This document shows positions 62,257 to 64,000 of a stretch of 64,000 nucleotides of DNA, one piece after another. The notes beneath the pieces were generated by a model. That model did no database searches. It saw nothing but the letters and a program-made list of their open reading frames with translations, and had not been told where the DNA came from. A program made the position numbers and the translations under genes. Origin of the DNA: Lysobacterales bacterium (GTDB lineage: Bacteria; Pseudomonadota; Gammaproteobacteria; Xanthomonadales; Xanthomonadaceae). Location: contig JBBRQI010000003.1 in NCBI GenBank assembly GCA_038226665.1, forward strand, positions 38,678-102,677, in the 5' to 3' direction. How positions within the stretch are numbered: the stretch's first letter is position 1; the number at the start of each line of letters is the position of its first letter.

Positions 62257-62321
62257 ACGTGCTGGCGAACGCGAAGGATACTGGTGCGTCATGTTTGCGT
62301 CAAGCAAGACGCGGCTGCGCG

Positions 62322-62825
62322 TTAAGCTCGCGCATTGCTCGCGACAGGTTCGAGCAGTTGCAGTTGGCGCCACGAATGGCCCTGCTCGCCCAGGTATTCC
62401 AGCCATTTGCTGAAGAACACATTCATGCGCATGCGATGGTCGATGATCGTCGCCAGCGGCGGATGCAGCCCGAGTACGTCCTGCCATTGCCGGCCGACGT
62501 AGCAATGGGTCACTTCGGCCTGCTGCGCATCGCGGTAATGGCGCACGTAGGCCGACGGGTCCGGCTGGCCGGTGGCATCGTCGCGCAATTGCGCATACGC
62601 CAGTCGCAGTTCGATCGTGTAGGGATGGCGCTCGACCACGTCCAGGCGCAGATCAAGTCCATCGTTTCCACGCGAGACATGGCTTCCAACCGCCAATTGT
62701 TCGGGTTCGAACATGCGCTGCAGGCGGCCATGGTTTTCCGCGTACAACGCCATCATCCACGCGAAACGGCTCAGTCGCGGAATGCGCAACGACGGGGTGG
62801 ACGGCGAGTGCGTGATGCTGGACAT
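62322..62825 (-). CDS. DUF1249 (YqiB-like) domain protein
   Basis: 167 aa. ...FAWMMALYAENHGRLQRMF...HPYTIELRLAY... resembles the DUF1249 family. Assignment from memory. Confidence 0.65.
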   Translation of the reverse strand: MSSITHSPSTPSLRIPRLSRFAWMMALYAENHGRLQRMFEPEQLAVGSHVSRGNDGLDLRLDVVERHPYTIELRLAYAQLRDDATGQPDPSAYVRHYRDAQQAEVTHCYVGRQWQDVLGLHPPLATIIDHRMRMNVFFSKWLEYLGEQGHSWRQLQLLEPVASNARA

Positions 62826-62934
62826 GGCCCGATGCTAGCACGCGATTTCATGCATTCCGCAAGCTTGTCAGAACGCTTTTTGCGTCGCACACTCAACGTC
62901 TCCGGCACGCCCGATCCATCGTTCGGTTGCTTGC

Positions 62935-63753
62935 TCAGAACATGTGCCGCTGGATGCCCAGCGCGGTGAGCACCTTGCTCGCGATTTCCTCGATCGATGT
63001 ATGCGTGGTGCTGAGCATCGGGATGCGCTCGGCGCGAAACAGCGTTTCGGCCTCGGCAACTTCGAGGCGGCATTGTTCGATCGTCGCGTAACGACTGTCG
63101 GGCTTGCGTTCCTGGCGGATCTGCCGCAGCCGCACGGGATCGATCGTCAGGCCGTAAAGCTTGCTGCGATGGGCGCGCAAACGCTTCGGCAATTCCTTGC
63201 CTTCAAGGTCGTCCTCGGTCAGCGGATAGTTCGCTGCACGCACGCCGTAGTGCAGCGCGAGGTACAGGCAGGTCGGCGTCTTGCCCGAACGCGACACGCC
63301 GACCAGGATCAGATCCGCCTCGTTGTAATTCACGTTGCCGCCATCGTCGTGGGTCAGGGCGTAATTCGTTGCGTTGATGCGCTGCTCGTACGCGGCGAAA
63401 TCGACCATGCCGTGCGCGTGCCCTACGTGGCGCTCGCGCTGCTGGCCAAGCTCGGCTTCGAGCCTGCCGATAAAGGGGCCGAACACATCGAGCACGAGCG
63501 CCCCGCTCTCTTCGAGCGTCCCCGTGACGGATTCGTCGACGACGGAACTGATGATGATTGGCCGGACGCCGCGCGCTTCGCCGGCAGCGATCACCTGGCG
63601 CACGACCTCGCGCGCCTTGTCCAGCGTATCGATGAACGAGAATCGCTGGGTAGCGAAATGCAGCCCTTCGAACTGGGTCAGCAGGCTGTGGCCGATGGTT
63701 TCGGCGGTGATGCCGGTGCCGTCGGAAATATAGAAAACCAGCCGATCGCTCAT
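62935..63753 (-). CDS. ppsR: PEP synthase regulatory protein (pyruvate, water dikinase kinase/phosphorylase)
   Basis: 272 aa. [22 protein letters not shown]..., P-loop [12 protein letters not shown]. Divergent from ppsA as in other gammaproteobacteria. Confidence 0.9.
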   Translation of the reverse strand: MSDRLVFYISDGTGITAETIGHSLLTQFEGLHFATQRFSFIDTLDKAREVVRQVIAAGEARGVRPIIISSVVDESVTGTLEESGALVLDVFGPFIGRLEAELGQQRERHVGHAHGMVDFAAYEQRINATNYALTHDDGGNVNYNEADLILVGVSRSGKTPTCLYLALHYGVRAANYPLTEDDLEGKELPKRLRAHRSKLYGLTIDPVRLRQIRQERKPDSRYATIEQCRLEVAEAETLFRAERIPMLSTTHTSIEEIASKVLTALGIQRHMF

Positions 63754-63908
63754 GCATTCAATCCTTGATCGTTGCGCCAGTGGTGCAGGCTATCGCGCCG
63801 TTCGCTGAACCGCACAATCGCAGCAAGCTTGTACGAAAACACCTCGGCCCGCAAAATATGCAGACTTTGCGCATTCCTTGCGCTTTGCCATCCGATGGGA
63901 GTCCGACG

Positions 63909-64000
63909 TTGACCCAGCATGTGCTTTGGTTGGACCAGTTGCGCCTGACCGACCTCGCCCAGGTCGGCGGCAAGAATTCCTCGCTTGGCGAGATGATCGG
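63909..64000 (+). CDS. ppsA: phosphoenolpyruvate synthase, N-terminal fragment (continues beyond the window)
   Basis: My translation from the TTG at 63909 gives (M)TQHVLWLDQLRLTDLAQVGGKNSSLGEMI, the canonical PpsA N-terminus. Start codon choice is uncertain. Confidence 0.8.
   Translation, partial: MTQHVLWLDQLRLTDLAQVGGKNSSLGEMI

Overview
High-GC gammaproteobacterial chromosome segment; Xanthomonadales-like is an inference from protein content. I found no rRNA, CRISPR array, transposase or integrase. (1) Bases 1-24.5 kb are a housekeeping backbone: fadD (partial), acnA, hflD-mnmA-nudix, clpS-clpA, serA, infA-aat, trxB, ald, ftsK-lolA-rarA. This keeps the enterobacterial-type orders hflD-mnmA-nudJ and clpS-clpA...infA-aat...trxB...ftsK-lolA-rarA, broken by small, visibly lower-GC insertions at about 5.46-6.25 kb and 12.0-12.6 kb. 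(2) 24.5-38.9 kb is accessory. It holds a frameshifted DUF3494 ice-binding-like gene, a fluoride riboswitch plus crcB, an MFS transporter, a type III PKS-methyltransferase-flavoprotein-DMT permease cluster (srsABC-like), a discoidin-like OmpA protein, an acyl-CoA dehydrogenase, and a desT-desCB-like desaturase module with a perfect 16-bp palindrome. (3) 38.9-62.0 kb reads as a stress and stationary-phase survival block. It holds a glycine-zipper protein, a phasin-like protein, hemerythrin, catalase HPII, a Nei-family glycosylase, DUF72, a small basic protein, Ku-LigD plus a T5orf172/GIY-YIG-like gene, a cytoplasmic glucoamylase-family protein with gnd-pgl, and zwf-HAD-tal-pgi. It ends at a tRNA-Ala/tRNA-Glu pair, followed by DUF1249, ppsR and the start of ppsA. 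I see no clear new multi-gene defence system. The most novel-looking candidates are the PKS cluster with its His-rich exporter, the extended NHEJ neighbourhood, and the stress island as a whole. Most long ORFs antisense to these genes are high-GC artefacts.
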